From Planctomycetota bacterium (lineage in GTDB: Bacteria; Planctomycetota; UBA1135; UBA2386), in the NCBI GenBank assembly GCA_965228735.1, contig OZ245838.1, positions 4,544,001 to 4,608,000 of the forward strand: a stretch of 64,000 bases of DNA. The letters run 5' to 3'. Positions within the stretch are counted from its first letter, which is position 1. Each line of letters opens with the position of its first letter. Below the pieces are notes generated by a model. It saw nothing but the letters and a program-made list of their open reading frames with translations, was not told the DNA's origin and did no database searches. Position numbers and translations under genes: made by a program. Below, piece after piece: positions 11,060-20,816 of this stretch.

Positions 11060-12454
11060 ATGCTCGCGGATCTCCCACGCTTCGACCTGACCGGGTCCAC
11101 GCCCGGGTTCGTCGCCCTCGCCGTCTTCGCGCTCGCCTACCTGCTCGTCGTCTTCGAGGAGCGGCTGCACCTGCGCAAGAGCAAGCCCGTCGTGTTCGCG
11201 GCGGGCGTGATCTGGATCCTCGTCGCGTTCGCGTACGCGGGCCACCCGGACGCGGACACGCTGCCATCGACCCACCTCGAGACCCGGCTGCTGCACCACA
11301 CCGGTGAGTACGGCTCGCTGTTTCTCTTCCTGCTCGTCGCGATGACCTACATCTCGGCGATCGCTCGGCACAACGTGTTCTTGTGGATCAACGGCTGGCT
11401 CGTGTCGCGCGGCTTCAGCCTGCGGGCCGTGTTCTGGGTCACGGGTGCACTGTCCTTCGTGATCTCCCCGATCGCTGACAACCTCACGACGGCGCTGCTC
11501 ATGGGCACCGTCGTCGTCGCCGTCGGCAAGGGCAACACCAAGTTCATCGCCGCAGCGTGCGTCAACGTCGTCGTCGCGGCCAACGCGGGCGGCGCGTTCT
11601 CACCATTCGGCGACATCACGACGCTCATGGTTTGGGCCAAGGGCAAGGTCCATACGGCGCAGTTCTTCACGCTCGTCGTTCCGTCGCTCGTCAACTGGCT
11701 GATCCCGGCCGTGATCATGCACTTCATGATCGACAAGGGGCAGCCCGAGCCGATCGACAAGAAGGTCGAGCTCAAGCAGGGCTGGTTCACCGTGACCGCG
11801 CTGTTCCTCTGCACGATCGTGACCGCGGTCACGTTCCACGCGTACCTGCACCTGCCGCCGTTCCTCGGCATGATGACCGGGCTCGGCTACCTGATGTTCT
11901 ACGCGTTCTTCCGGACGCGCCGGCACAAGAGGAAGGGCGACCGCGAACCGCACGACATCATCGAGAACGTGGCCGAGGTCGAGTGGGACACCTTGCTCTT
12001 CTTCTTCGGCGTCATCACGTGCGTCGGCGGCCTCGCGGATCTCATGTATCTGCAGAAGGCCAGCGAGTGGCTCTTCGATCCAGCCAATGTCGGCGCGACG
12101 ACAGCCAACATCGCGATCGGCATCCTCTCCGCGATCATCGACAACGTCCCCGTCATGTTCGCCGTCCTCGGCATGGATCCGTCCATGGATCCGGCTAACC
12201 CGGTCGTCGCCGGCGTCGCCGGCTCTGGCCTCCACACCCCGGTCGCCGACTTCCAGTGGCTGCTCGTCACGCTCACCGCGGGCGTCGGCGGCTCCCTGCT
12301 GTCCGTCGGTTCGGCCGCGGGCGTCGCGCTCATGGGCACCGCGCACGGCTACTACACGTTCGGCCGGCACCTCAAGTACATCCCCGCGATCGCCGCGGGC
12401 TACGCCGGCGCAATCCTCGTGCACTGGCTCATGAACGCGCCGCCGGGGCAGTAG
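11060..12454 (+). CDS. nhaD: Na+/H+ antiporter NhaD
   Basis: EERLHLRKSKP, ISPIADNLTTALLM, AANAGGAFSPFGDITTLMVW, EWDTLLFFFG, GGSLLSVGSAAGVALMG. Confidence 0.92.
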   Translation: MLADLPRFDLTGSTPGFVALAVFALAYLLVVFEERLHLRKSKPVVFAAGVIWILVAFAYAGHPDADTLPSTHLETRLLHHTGEYGSLFLFLLVAMTYISAIARHNVFLWINGWLVSRGFSLRAVFWVTGALSFVISPIADNLTTALLMGTVVVAVGKGNTKFIAAACVNVVVAANAGGAFSPFGDITTLMVWAKGKVHTAQFFTLVVPSLVNWLIPAVIMHFMIDKGQPEPIDKKVELKQGWFTVTALFLCTIVTAVTFHAYLHLPPFLGMMTGLGYLMFYAFFRTRRHKRKGDREPHDIIENVAEVEWDTLLFFFGVITCVGGLADLMYLQKASEWLFDPANVGATTANIAIGILSAIIDNVPVMFAVLGMDPSMDPANPVVAGVAGSGLHTPVADFQWLLVTLTAGVGGSLLSVGSAAGVALMGTAHGYYTFGRHLKYIPAIAAGYAGAILVHWLMNAPPGQ

Positions 12455-12559
12455 CCCGCGGCGTACGGAACCTGGTTCATGCTGCCGGCCGCGAGTGTGC
12501 TACCTCGCGGGCAACGTTCCGGCGGCCGGCAGCATGAACCAGGTTCCGTACGCCGCGGG
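12455..12559. repeat. Perfect 38-bp inverted repeat with 29-nt spacer between convergent nhaD and pntB (bidirectional terminator, or REP/MITE-like)
   Basis: 12455-12492 CCCGCGGCGTACGGAACCTGGTTCATGCTGCCGGCCGC is the exact reverse complement of 12522-12559. Confidence 0.9.
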
Positions 12560-12604
12560 TTCCCGAACCCGGAACTCAGAGATTCCGAACCGAACGGCCG
12601 CGGA

Positions 12605-14014
12605 TCAGAGGTCCTTGACCTCTTTCACCATCTCCTCGAGCGCGCCCTTCGCGTCCATGAACACCATGAGCGTGTTGTCGAGTTCGAACAGCGGGTTCTT
12701 GATGCCCGCATAGCCCGGGCTCAGCGAGCGCTTGATGACCACGACCGTGCGCGCGTGGTCCACGTCGAGGATCGGCATGCCGGCGATCGGGCCGCTGGGT
12801 TCGCGCGCCGCCGGGTTCACGACGTCGTTGGCGCCAACGACGATCACGACGTCGGTGTTCTTGAAGTCGCCGTTGATGCGCTCCATCTCCCACAGCTGGT
12901 CGTAGGGCACGTCGGACTCGGCGAGCAGCACGTTCATGTGGCCCGGCATGCGGCCGGCGACCGGATGGATCGCGTAGCGCACCTCGCAGCCGCGCGCCTG
13001 CAGCAGGTCGCCGAGTTCGCGCACGACGTGTTGCGCCTGCGCGACCGCGAGGCCGTAGCCCGGCACGAAGATGCAGGACGTCGCACCGTCGAGCAGCATC
13101 GCGATCTCCTCGGGACCGGACTGCTTGATCGAGGTGTAGTCGCGCGCGTCCTCGGACACCGAATCCTCGCCCATACCGCCGAGCAGGACGTTGCCGAGCG
13201 ACCGGTTCATCGCCTTGCACATGATCTGCGTCAGGATGAGGCCCGACGCGCCGACCAGCGAGCCGACGACGACCAGCAACGGGTTGTTGATGACGAAGCC
13301 GGCGAACGCCGCGGCCACGCCCGAGTAGCTGTTGAGCAGCGACACGACGACTGGCATGTCCGCACCGCCGATCGGCATGACGAGGAACACGCCCAACACG
13401 GCAGCGACGACCGCCAGCAGCAGCATCGCGACGATCGTGGTGCCGCCCTCGGCGAAGCACATCCAGGCGCCGAGCGCGATGCCGGCCAGGCCGAGAGCCA
13501 GGTGCAGCATGTGCCGCGCGCTGTCACTCAACGGGTGGGAGAGCTTCTTGCCGGACAGCTTGCCGTAGGCGACGAAACTGCCGGTGAGGGTGACCATGCC
13601 GATGAGGATCGCGGCCAAGGTCGCGATCGCGCCGACGGGACCGCCGTCGGCGATCGTCTGCGGCGCGCTGCCATCTGGCAGATCCGCGTTCGCGGCGACG
13701 CCCTTGAGGACCTCGGCCATCGCGACCAGCGCGGACGCGATGCCGCCGAAGCCGTTCAGCCCCGCGACGAGCTCGGGCATCTCCGTGGTCGGCGTGCGCT
13801 TGGCGAGGAAGGTGCCGATGCCGCCGCCAACGATCACGCCGGCGATCAGCGTGACCCAGTTGATCTCGTCCCGGAAGATGATCAGCGTCGTGACGATCGC
13901 GATCGCCATGCCGATCTCGGACAGCCGATTGCCGGACGCGCACGTCTTGACGCTCGTCAGCCGCTTGATGCCGAAGACGAAGAAGAGCGTCGCGAGCAGG
14001 TAGAGGTAGGTCAC
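12605..14014 (-). CDS. pntB: NAD(P) transhydrogenase subunit beta
   Basis: MPELVA, PIGGADMPVVVSLLNSYSG, PGYGLAVAQAQ, HPVAGRMPGHMNVLLAE, GANDVVNPAA. Confidence 0.96.
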   Translation of the reverse strand: MTYLYLLATLFFVFGIKRLTSVKTCASGNRLSEIGMAIAIVTTLIIFRDEINWVTLIAGVIVGGGIGTFLAKRTPTTEMPELVAGLNGFGGIASALVAMAEVLKGVAANADLPDGSAPQTIADGGPVGAIATLAAILIGMVTLTGSFVAYGKLSGKKLSHPLSDSARHMLHLALGLAGIALGAWMCFAEGGTTIVAMLLLAVVAAVLGVFLVMPIGGADMPVVVSLLNSYSGVAAAFAGFVINNPLLVVVGSLVGASGLILTQIMCKAMNRSLGNVLLGGMGEDSVSEDARDYTSIKQSGPEEIAMLLDGATSCIFVPGYGLAVAQAQHVVRELGDLLQARGCEVRYAIHPVAGRMPGHMNVLLAESDVPYDQLWEMERINGDFKNTDVVIVVGANDVVNPAAREPSGPIAGMPILDVDHARTVVVIKRSLSPGYAGIKNPLFELDNTLMVFMDAKGALEEMVKEVKDL

Positions 14015-14299
14015 TTACTTCTTCCCCTTCTTCTTGAACGAGCCCAACATGCGGTCGGTCACCATGTAGCCGCCGATGACGTTGATCATCGCGAGCGTGA
14101 TCGCGAGGAACGCGATCGACTGCGCGAGAAAGCCCTCGCCCGTCGACGCCATGATCGCGCCGACGATGGTGATGCCCGAGATCGCGTTGGACCCCGACAT
14201 CAGCGGGGTGTGCAGCGTCGGCGGCACCTTGGTGATCAGCTCGAAGCCGAGCAGCGCCGCGATCGCGAAGATGAAGATGATCAGAAAGTACTGTTCCAT
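14015..14299 (-). CDS. pntAb: NAD(P) transhydrogenase subunit alpha part 2 (membrane)
   Basis: MEQYF...KVPPTLHTPLMSGSNAISG...NVIGGYMVTDRML. Confidence 0.93.
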   Translation of the reverse strand: MEQYFLIIFIFAIAALLGFELITKVPPTLHTPLMSGSNAISGITIVGAIMASTGEGFLAQSIAFLAITLAMINVIGGYMVTDRMLGSFKKKGKK

Positions 14300-14310
14300 C
14301 GCGTGCTCAA

Positions 14311-15447
14311 TCAGTTGCCCGCCGAGGACAGCGCCTGGGCCGTGGGTTCGTGTCGTACCGTGCCGTCGTGCACGATCGTGATCGCGCCGAGGATCTCGCC
14401 CTCGAGGTCGACGTTGGTCTTGCCCTCCTCGACGAACTCGCCGAGGAACGCGACGACGTTGCGCGCGTAGGTGCGCGACGCATCGGCCGCGACCTGCGCG
14501 GGCAGGTTGGTGTCGCCGATGATCAGCACGCCGTCGACGTCCTTGCGTTCGCCGGCCACGGTGCCTTCGACGTTGCCGCCGGCGGCCGCCGCCATGTCGA
14601 CGATGACCGAGCCCGGTCGCATCGCCTTGCGCATCTCCGCGGTGACGAGCACGGGCGCCTTCTTGCCCGGCACGAGCGCCGTCGTGATCAGCACGTCGGC
14701 CTGGCCGATGTGGTCCGTCAGGATCTCGCGCTGCTTCTTCAAGAACTCCGCCGTCGTCTCCTTCGCGTAGCCGCCGGTGTTCTCCGCGTCCGGCGGCGCG
14801 CCCGTGTCGACGAACTTGGCGCCGAGCGACTCGACCTGCTCCTTCACCGCGGGGCGGATGTCGTTGGCCTCGACGACGGCGCCGAGCTTGCGCGCGATCG
14901 AGATCGCCTGCAGCCCCGCGACACCCGCGCCGAGCACGAGCACCCTGGCCGGCGTCAGCGTGCCGGCCGCGGTCATCATGAGCGGGAACATCTTGTTGAG
15001 GTGCGTCGCCGCGAGCAGCACGGCCTGGTAGCCGCCGCAGCTCGCCTGTGAGCTCAGGATGTCCATTTTCTGCGCGCGCGTGATGCGCGGCATGAACTCG
15101 AGGCCCATCGCCGTGACCTTCGCGTCGCGCAGCGCCTTGACGGTGTCGAGCGCGACGAGCGGCAGCAGCGTGCAGATCAGGATCGACCCGGCCTTCTGCT
15201 CCTTGCACTGCTCGGGCGACGGCGGCTGGATGCCGAGCACGAGATCCGCGCTCGCACGCGCGTCCGAACCGACGAGCTTGGCGCCCGCCTCTTCGTAATC
15301 CGCATCGGGAAAGCCCGCCGCCTGACCGGCGCCGCGCTCGACCTCGACCGTGAGGCCGAGCTTGACCATGCCCTTGACGGTCTCCGGCACCGCGCTCACG
15401 CGCGTCTCACCTTCGACCGTCTCCTTGGGCGCGAAAATCACTGCCAT
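14311..15447 (-). CDS. pntAa: NAD(P) transhydrogenase subunit alpha part 1 (NAD-binding domain I)
   Basis: PKETVEGETRV, PRITRAQKMDILSSQ, VLGAGVAGLQAI, D-AAAAGGN; ATG at 15447. Confidence 0.94.
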   Translation of the reverse strand: MAVIFAPKETVEGETRVSAVPETVKGMVKLGLTVEVERGAGQAAGFPDADYEEAGAKLVGSDARASADLVLGIQPPSPEQCKEQKAGSILICTLLPLVALDTVKALRDAKVTAMGLEFMPRITRAQKMDILSSQASCGGYQAVLLAATHLNKMFPLMMTAAGTLTPARVLVLGAGVAGLQAISIARKLGAVVEANDIRPAVKEQVESLGAKFVDTGAPPDAENTGGYAKETTAEFLKKQREILTDHIGQADVLITTALVPGKKAPVLVTAEMRKAMRPGSVIVDMAAAAGGNVEGTVAGERKDVDGVLIIGDTNLPAQVAADASRTYARNVVAFLGEFVEEGKTNVDLEGEILGAITIVHDGTVRHEPTAQALSSAGN

Positions 15448-15540
15448 GAGTTCTGTCTCCGCTCCGACTGAGGGGCCCGCAAGAGAAACAGACGAGGCTC
15501 GCTCGCGCCATGAAGAATCGCGGCTACTCTGTGAGCCTCG

Positions 15541-16416
15541 ATGACGAGTTTTGCAGCCGAAATCGCGCGCCGTGTGCTGGCGGGCACAGCGCCCGTCGTC
15601 GTCGGTCTCGACCCGCGGCTGCCGGCGTTCCCCGCCGCGGTCGCGGCCGATCGAGAACCCGCGGAACGCATCGTGGAGTTCTACCGAAAGACCCTGCCGG
15701 TGCTGGCAGAGCACGTGCCGTGCGTGAAGCCCAACATCGCGTTCTTCGAGGCCCACGGTGCCGCTGGCTACCGCGCCTACGAGGAAACGTGCCGGCTCGC
15801 GCACGAGCACGGCCTGCTGGTGCTCGGCGACATCAAGCGCGGGGACATCGGCAGCACCGCGGCGGCGTATGCGAAAGGGCACTTCGAGCACGCGGATGCC
15901 GTGACGCTGCACCCGTATCTCGGCGGCGACTCGGTTGAGCCCTTCTTGCAGTTCTGCGGAGCGCAAGCGGGCAAGGGGGTGTTCGTGCTCGTCCGCACGA
16001 GCAACCCGGGCGCCAAGGACCTGCAGGACCTCGTGATCGACGGCCGCGCGCTCTGCGATCACGTGGCCGAGGCGGTGCACCGCTGGGGCCAGGATCTGCC
16101 GCAGGCCGAGGGCTACTCGCCGGTCGGCGCGGTCGTCGGCGCCACGTGGCCCGCCGAGCTCGCCCGCCTGCGCCAGCTGCTGCCCAACGCCTGGCTGCTC
16201 CTCCCGGGGGTCGGCGCGCAGGGGGGCAAGGTCGAGGACCTCGCCGCGGCGTTCGACGACCGCGGGCTCGGCGCGCTCGTCAACCAGAGCCGCGGCGTGA
16301 TGCAGTGCTTCGAGCCGAACGCGCCGGACTGGCTCGCGCAGATCGAGCACGCGGCCAGGACGTTCGCGGCCGATTGTCGCGCGGTCGCGACGGCGAGCCC
16401 CGGGGGCAGCCGATGA
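15541..16416 (+). CDS. pyrF: Orotidine-5'-phosphate decarboxylase
   Basis: VGLDP, VKPNIAFFE, DIKRGDIGST, HPYLGGDS, VRTSNPGA, LLPGVGAQGG, NQSRG. Confidence 0.95.
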   Translation: MTSFAAEIARRVLAGTAPVVVGLDPRLPAFPAAVAADREPAERIVEFYRKTLPVLAEHVPCVKPNIAFFEAHGAAGYRAYEETCRLAHEHGLLVLGDIKRGDIGSTAAAYAKGHFEHADAVTLHPYLGGDSVEPFLQFCGAQAGKGVFVLVRTSNPGAKDLQDLVIDGRALCDHVAEAVHRWGQDLPQAEGYSPVGAVVGATWPAELARLRQLLPNAWLLLPGVGAQGGKVEDLAAAFDDRGLGALVNQSRGVMQCFEPNAPDWLAQIEHAARTFAADCRAVATASPGGSR

Positions 16417-17966
16417 GCGGGACGCTGCGTCACATCTCGTTCCGCAAGCTCGGGCCGTCGCAGGTCCAGCAGCGCTTCCTCGAGGACGACCGCGACCTCG
16501 TCCAGTTCCTCGGCAGCCGGGCGCGCTCGGTCGACGAGCTCATGCGCGCCGCGCCGACCGGTGCCGAACGGCTGCTGCGCCGCGACGACCTCGTCGACGC
16601 GTTGCTGGCCTACGCGGAGAAGCACGGAGCCCCCGACGCGGTCAAACAGAACGCCGAGGCGCTGCGCGATCCCAAGGTGCACGTCGTCGTCACGGGCCAG
16701 CAGCCCGGGCTCTGCGGCGGTCCGCTCTATACGCTGCACAAGGCCGCGACGGCGATCCGGCTCTGCCGCGAGATCAACGCTGCGGGCGACGGCCGCCGCG
16801 CCGTGCCGCTGTTCTGGAACCACAGCGACGACCACGACTTCGACGAGGCCAACCGACTGTTCCTCGTGAACAAGTCGCAGGACGTGCAGCGCTACCGCAT
16901 CGATCGCGACCACCGCAGCGAGTCGCTGCGCAACATCGCCGTTGGCCGCGACGTCGAGAAGATCCTCGCCGAGATCGACTCGCTGCTGCCCGACACCGAG
17001 TTCCGCGAATGGGCGCTGCAGACGTTCGCGCCGCGACACCCCAACGAGACGTTCGGCGACCTGCAGGCGCGGCTGATGTTCGCGGCGTTCGGCGAGGACG
17101 GCCTCATCGTCATCGAACCGCGCGATCTGCCCGAGGTCGCGTTCGAGCCGTTGCCGCGCTGGTGGAGCCGGGCCCACGAGGTGCGCGAACGCGTCAAGCA
17201 CGCGTGCGAGGACCTCGGCGACCTCGGCTTCGATGTGACGCTCGATCCGACGGCGACGATGATGTTCGAGCTCACGGGCGGCGAACGCGAGCCGCTCGCC
17301 GACGGCGAAGCCGCGGGCCGCGCGCAGGACCTGAGCCCCGGCGTGCTGCTGCGACCGCTGTGGCAGGACGCGGTGCTGCCGACGATCGCGTTCGTCGTCG
17401 GGCCCGGCGAGTTCAGCTACCTCGCGGCGGTCGCGCCGCTCTACCGGCTGCTCGGCGTGCCGCGCCCGGTGTTCGTGCCGCGTTCGTCGTTGACGCTCGT
17501 CGAACCGTCGCTGCAGAAGCTGCTGCACCGCTTCTCGCTCGACATCACCGACCTCGAGCAGGGCCCGGAGAACCTCGCGGAGTCACTCCAACAGGACGAG
17601 CCCGACGACATCGGCGATCGGATCGCCGACCTGCGTTCGCGACTCGGCACCGACCTCGACGACATCGGCAAGCGGCTCGAACGCCTCGACAGCTCGATGC
17701 TCGGCGCGCTTGCGCGGGCCCGCGGCAAGATGATCGACGAGCTCGAACGACTCGACAGCAAGATCAAAAACGCACAGCAGAACAAGCAGGGCACGGGCAT
17801 GCGGCAGATCCGCAAGCTCTGCAGTCAGCTGCGCCCGCGCGGCCGCATGCAGGAGCGCGTGCTCGGCCCGTTGCCGTACCTGGTGATGCACGGCCGCGGG
17901 CTCATCGAAGAGCTCATCGCCGCTGCCGACCCGTTCCGCATCGAGCACGGCGTGCTCGAGCTCTGA
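16413..17966 (+). CDS. bshC: Bacillithiol biosynthesis cysteine-adding enzyme BshC
   Basis: VVTGQQPGLCGGPLYTLHKA, VPLFWNHSDDHDFDEAN, SPGVLLRPLWQDAVLPT..VGPGEFSY, coiled coil, QER; ATGA overlap with pyrF. Confidence 0.92.
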   Translation: MSGTLRHISFRKLGPSQVQQRFLEDDRDLVQFLGSRARSVDELMRAAPTGAERLLRRDDLVDALLAYAEKHGAPDAVKQNAEALRDPKVHVVVTGQQPGLCGGPLYTLHKAATAIRLCREINAAGDGRRAVPLFWNHSDDHDFDEANRLFLVNKSQDVQRYRIDRDHRSESLRNIAVGRDVEKILAEIDSLLPDTEFREWALQTFAPRHPNETFGDLQARLMFAAFGEDGLIVIEPRDLPEVAFEPLPRWWSRAHEVRERVKHACEDLGDLGFDVTLDPTATMMFELTGGEREPLADGEAAGRAQDLSPGVLLRPLWQDAVLPTIAFVVGPGEFSYLAAVAPLYRLLGVPRPVFVPRSSLTLVEPSLQKLLHRFSLDITDLEQGPENLAESLQQDEPDDIGDRIADLRSRLGTDLDDIGKRLERLDSSMLGALARARGKMIDELERLDSKIKNAQQNKQGTGMRQIRKLCSQLRPRGRMQERVLGPLPYLVMHGRGLIEELIAAADPFRIEHGVLEL

Positions 17967-18012
17967 TGACCGACACCCGGCGACGAAGACTCCAGGACGA
18001 GACCACGACGTG

Positions 18013-18738
18013 ATGATCGACCTCGCGACGCTGCAGCCATGCGACGTGCTCGCGATCGGGCCGCACCCCGATGACGTCGAGATCGCGGCCGCCGGCACGT
18101 TGCTGCTGCTCGGTCAGGCCGGCCACGCCGTGTCGATCGTCGACTGCACGCGCGGCGAGATGGGCTCGGCCGGCAGTGTCGAGCAGCGCGACGCCGAGGC
18201 TGCGGCGGCAGCGACGGCCCTCGGGCTGCGTCAGCGCCTCAACCTCGGCCTGCCCGACGCCAATCTGCACGCCGACGACGGGATCACCGACCTGCTCGTC
18301 GGCGTGATCCGCGCCGCCCGGCCGCGGCTGCTGTTCGCGCCGCTGGCCATCGACCCGCACCCGGACCACGTCGCGGCCGCGGACGCCACGGCGCGGGCGT
18401 TCTTCCTCGCCGGCCTCAAGAAGCACCGCCCCGAGCACGGTGAGGCCTTCCGACCGACGACCCTGCTGCGCTACCCCCTCAACCGCCCGGTCGAACCGAC
18501 GATCGCGATCGACATCAGCGCGGTGGCCGACCAGAAGGCCGCCGTCGTCCGCTGCTACGGCTCCCAGATCGCGCCACCCGATCGCTCGCACCTCCTGCAG
18601 GGCGTCGATCTGCTCGAGCGGACCGAGATCCGCGACCGCTTCCACGGCACGCGCATCGGCGTCCGCGCCGCCGAGCCGTTCTGCCACGACGGGCCGCTCG
18701 CGCTGCGCGGCGATATCAGCAGCCTGCTCTCGCCCTGA
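18013..18738 (+). CDS. bshB1: Bacillithiol GlcNAc-malate deacetylase BshB1 (PIG-L/LmbE family)
   Basis: AIGPHPDDVEI, TRGEMGS, HPDH, FLAGL, AEPF; adjacent to bshC. Confidence 0.88.
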   Translation: MIDLATLQPCDVLAIGPHPDDVEIAAAGTLLLLGQAGHAVSIVDCTRGEMGSAGSVEQRDAEAAAAATALGLRQRLNLGLPDANLHADDGITDLLVGVIRAARPRLLFAPLAIDPHPDHVAAADATARAFFLAGLKKHRPEHGEAFRPTTLLRYPLNRPVEPTIAIDISAVADQKAAVVRCYGSQIAPPDRSHLLQGVDLLERTEIRDRFHGTRIGVRAAEPFCHDGPLALRGDISSLLSP

Positions 18739-18851
18739 GCCGGCCGTACGGTACGCGGTTCGTTCTGCCGGCCGATCTCGCCGCGCCGTTCTGCAATTAG
18801 GGCTCGCGCAGACTCCGGCGAGGCCGGACGATCGGGGCGGGAGGCTTGCAC

Positions 18852-19937
18852 ATGAAACGTATCGCGGTCATCAACCAGAAGGGCGGTGTCGGCAAGACCA
18901 CGACCACGGTCAGTCTCGGCGCGGCGCTCGCGCACAAGGGCCACAAGGTCCTGCTGCTCGATCTCGACCCTCAGGCCAACCTGACGGTCCACGTCGACAA
19001 GCGGCCCGACCTCGAGGGCAACACGATGACGACGCTGTTGCTCGAGGACGCGAAGATCAGGGATCTGGTGCTCGAGACCGCGACCCCCGGCCTGTTCGTG
19101 GTGCCGAGCGACTCGTCGTTGGCCGGCGTCGAGCAGGTGCTCGCCAACCGCATCGGCCGTGAGACGATTCTGCGCGAAGCGCTCGAGGCCTGGGAAGAAC
19201 AGGACGGCGGCAGTGAGTTCGACTTCGTGCTGTTCGACTGCCCGCCATCGCTCGGCGTGCTGAGCGCGAACGTGCTCGTCGCCGCGGACCGCGTCGTCAT
19301 TCCGATGCAGGCCGAGTTCCTGTCGCTGCAGGGCATGGCCAAGCTGCTCGAGGTGATTCAGCTCGTGCAGAAGCGCCTCAACCAACAGCTCGACATCGCG
19401 TGCGTGTTGCCGTGCATGGTCGATGGCCGCACCAACCTCAGCGCCGAAGTCCTGCGCGAGATCGGCGAACACTTCGGGCCGCTGCTCGCGACGACACGCA
19501 TCCGCAACAACGTGAAGCTCGCCGAGGCGCCGAGCTTCGGCCGCACGATCTTCGAGCACGCGCCGGAGAGCAACGGCGCGCTCGACTACGCCGAGTTCGC
19601 CGATGAGTTCCTGCGCCTGATGGGCCTCGCGCCGCCGTTGCCCGCGACGTCTCCCGACGAGAACGACGTGGACGAGGATGAGGATGACGAGGGCGCGCCC
19701 GGGGCCGACGAGAACATCGAACTCGCGGGCTTCGTGGCGCGACCGGGTCCGATCGTCGACGTGCCGGGCACCGAACCGGACGTCGACGACATCGCGGAGG
19801 CGGAAACGATCCCGGCGGCAGCCACCCCAAAGTCGGCCGGCTCCGAAACCGCGATGCCGGCGGCCGATACCGCAGCCGATACCCCGGCAGAATCCCCCGA
19901 ACGGGCGACCGAGATCGAGCGCGAAGCCGACGCCTGA
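18852..19937 (+). CDS. parA: ParA/Soj family ATPase with long acidic C-terminal extension
   Basis: NQKGGVGKTTT (deviant Walker A), DLDPQANLT, DCPPSLG, IRNNVKLAEAPSFG; D/E/A/P-rich tail. Confidence 0.9.
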   Translation: MKRIAVINQKGGVGKTTTTVSLGAALAHKGHKVLLLDLDPQANLTVHVDKRPDLEGNTMTTLLLEDAKIRDLVLETATPGLFVVPSDSSLAGVEQVLANRIGRETILREALEAWEEQDGGSEFDFVLFDCPPSLGVLSANVLVAADRVVIPMQAEFLSLQGMAKLLEVIQLVQKRLNQQLDIACVLPCMVDGRTNLSAEVLREIGEHFGPLLATTRIRNNVKLAEAPSFGRTIFEHAPESNGALDYAEFADEFLRLMGLAPPLPATSPDENDVDEDEDDEGAPGADENIELAGFVARPGPIVDVPGTEPDVDDIAEAETIPAAATPKSAGSETAMPAADTAADTPAESPERATEIEREADA

Positions 19938-19995
19938 AGGCCGTTCGGGGCGCGACTCCAGCGCGGCCGCGCCTGCGGCCGATAGCAGGGGCGGA

Positions 19996-20631
19996 ATGCC
20001 GTCCCACGACCCCGAACTCGATCGGATCACCGAACTGCTCGGCCAGTGTCTCGGGCGGATCGACGAGTATGCCTACCGGCTGCAGGACCGCGGCGACCTG
20101 GCCGACGATGTCGACCCGACGGCTCCGAGCACGGAGACGGCGATCGACCTCGACGCGTGCGACGCGCTCGAACGCGAGGCCGAACTGCTCCAGGACCTCG
20201 TCCAGTCCGCCGTGCAGCACGCCGGCGGCGACGATCGTTCCGACCTCAGCCGGGTCGTCGACTCGACGCTGCAGGCCGCGATCGCGGAGCTCGACATTCC
20301 GGTCGTCTTGCGCCAGAGCCTCGCGCCGGATCTGCCCCAGACCGGCTGCAGTGGCCGAGACCTCGCGCATGCCGCGCAGCGCGCGCTCATGCTCGCGGTG
20401 AGCGGCCTCGTCGCGGGTGACGAGATCGCGGTCGAGACGCGCTCGGACAACACCCACACGGTGCTGGAGATCGCGTTCCCGTTGCGCGGCGAACCGCACC
20501 TGAGCGACCGCGCCACGACGTTGCAGGAGTTCGTCGCCGAACTCGGCGGCAACTGCCGCATCCAGTCCGACGGCCACAGCCAGTGCCTCATCGCGGTCGA
20601 GCTGCCGACCGCGGTCCCGACCGACGGCTGA
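19996..20631 (+). CDS. Hypothetical protein with degenerate histidine-kinase (HATPase_c-like) fold
   Basis: DLSRVV..., VVLRQSLAPDLP, EIAVET, VAELGGNCRIQS...IAVELP follow HK architecture, but the H, N, G1 and G2 boxes are absent. Confidence 0.6.
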   Translation: MPSHDPELDRITELLGQCLGRIDEYAYRLQDRGDLADDVDPTAPSTETAIDLDACDALEREAELLQDLVQSAVQHAGGDDRSDLSRVVDSTLQAAIAELDIPVVLRQSLAPDLPQTGCSGRDLAHAAQRALMLAVSGLVAGDEIAVETRSDNTHTVLEIAFPLRGEPHLSDRATTLQEFVAELGGNCRIQSDGHSQCLIAVELPTAVPTDG

Positions 20632-20816
20632 GAACGGTCAGCGCTTCGCCGCCGTGAAGCACACGGCCGTGCCCGCGCGCGCGGCGAGATCCCCAGCCCC
20701 ATCCGACCGCCGGCGCGTTCGATCCCTGCGCTGGTCGACGCCTCGAGTTGTCCCACCCGCGAAAACACCCGCCAGCGGCCGAACTTCGGGTGTTGTCGTC
20801 CGTAAGATCCCGCACC

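Noticed and set aside
20700..20745. GTTCGATCCC as a tRNA T-loop
   Set aside because: No cloverleaf, acceptor stem or D-arm can be built around it.
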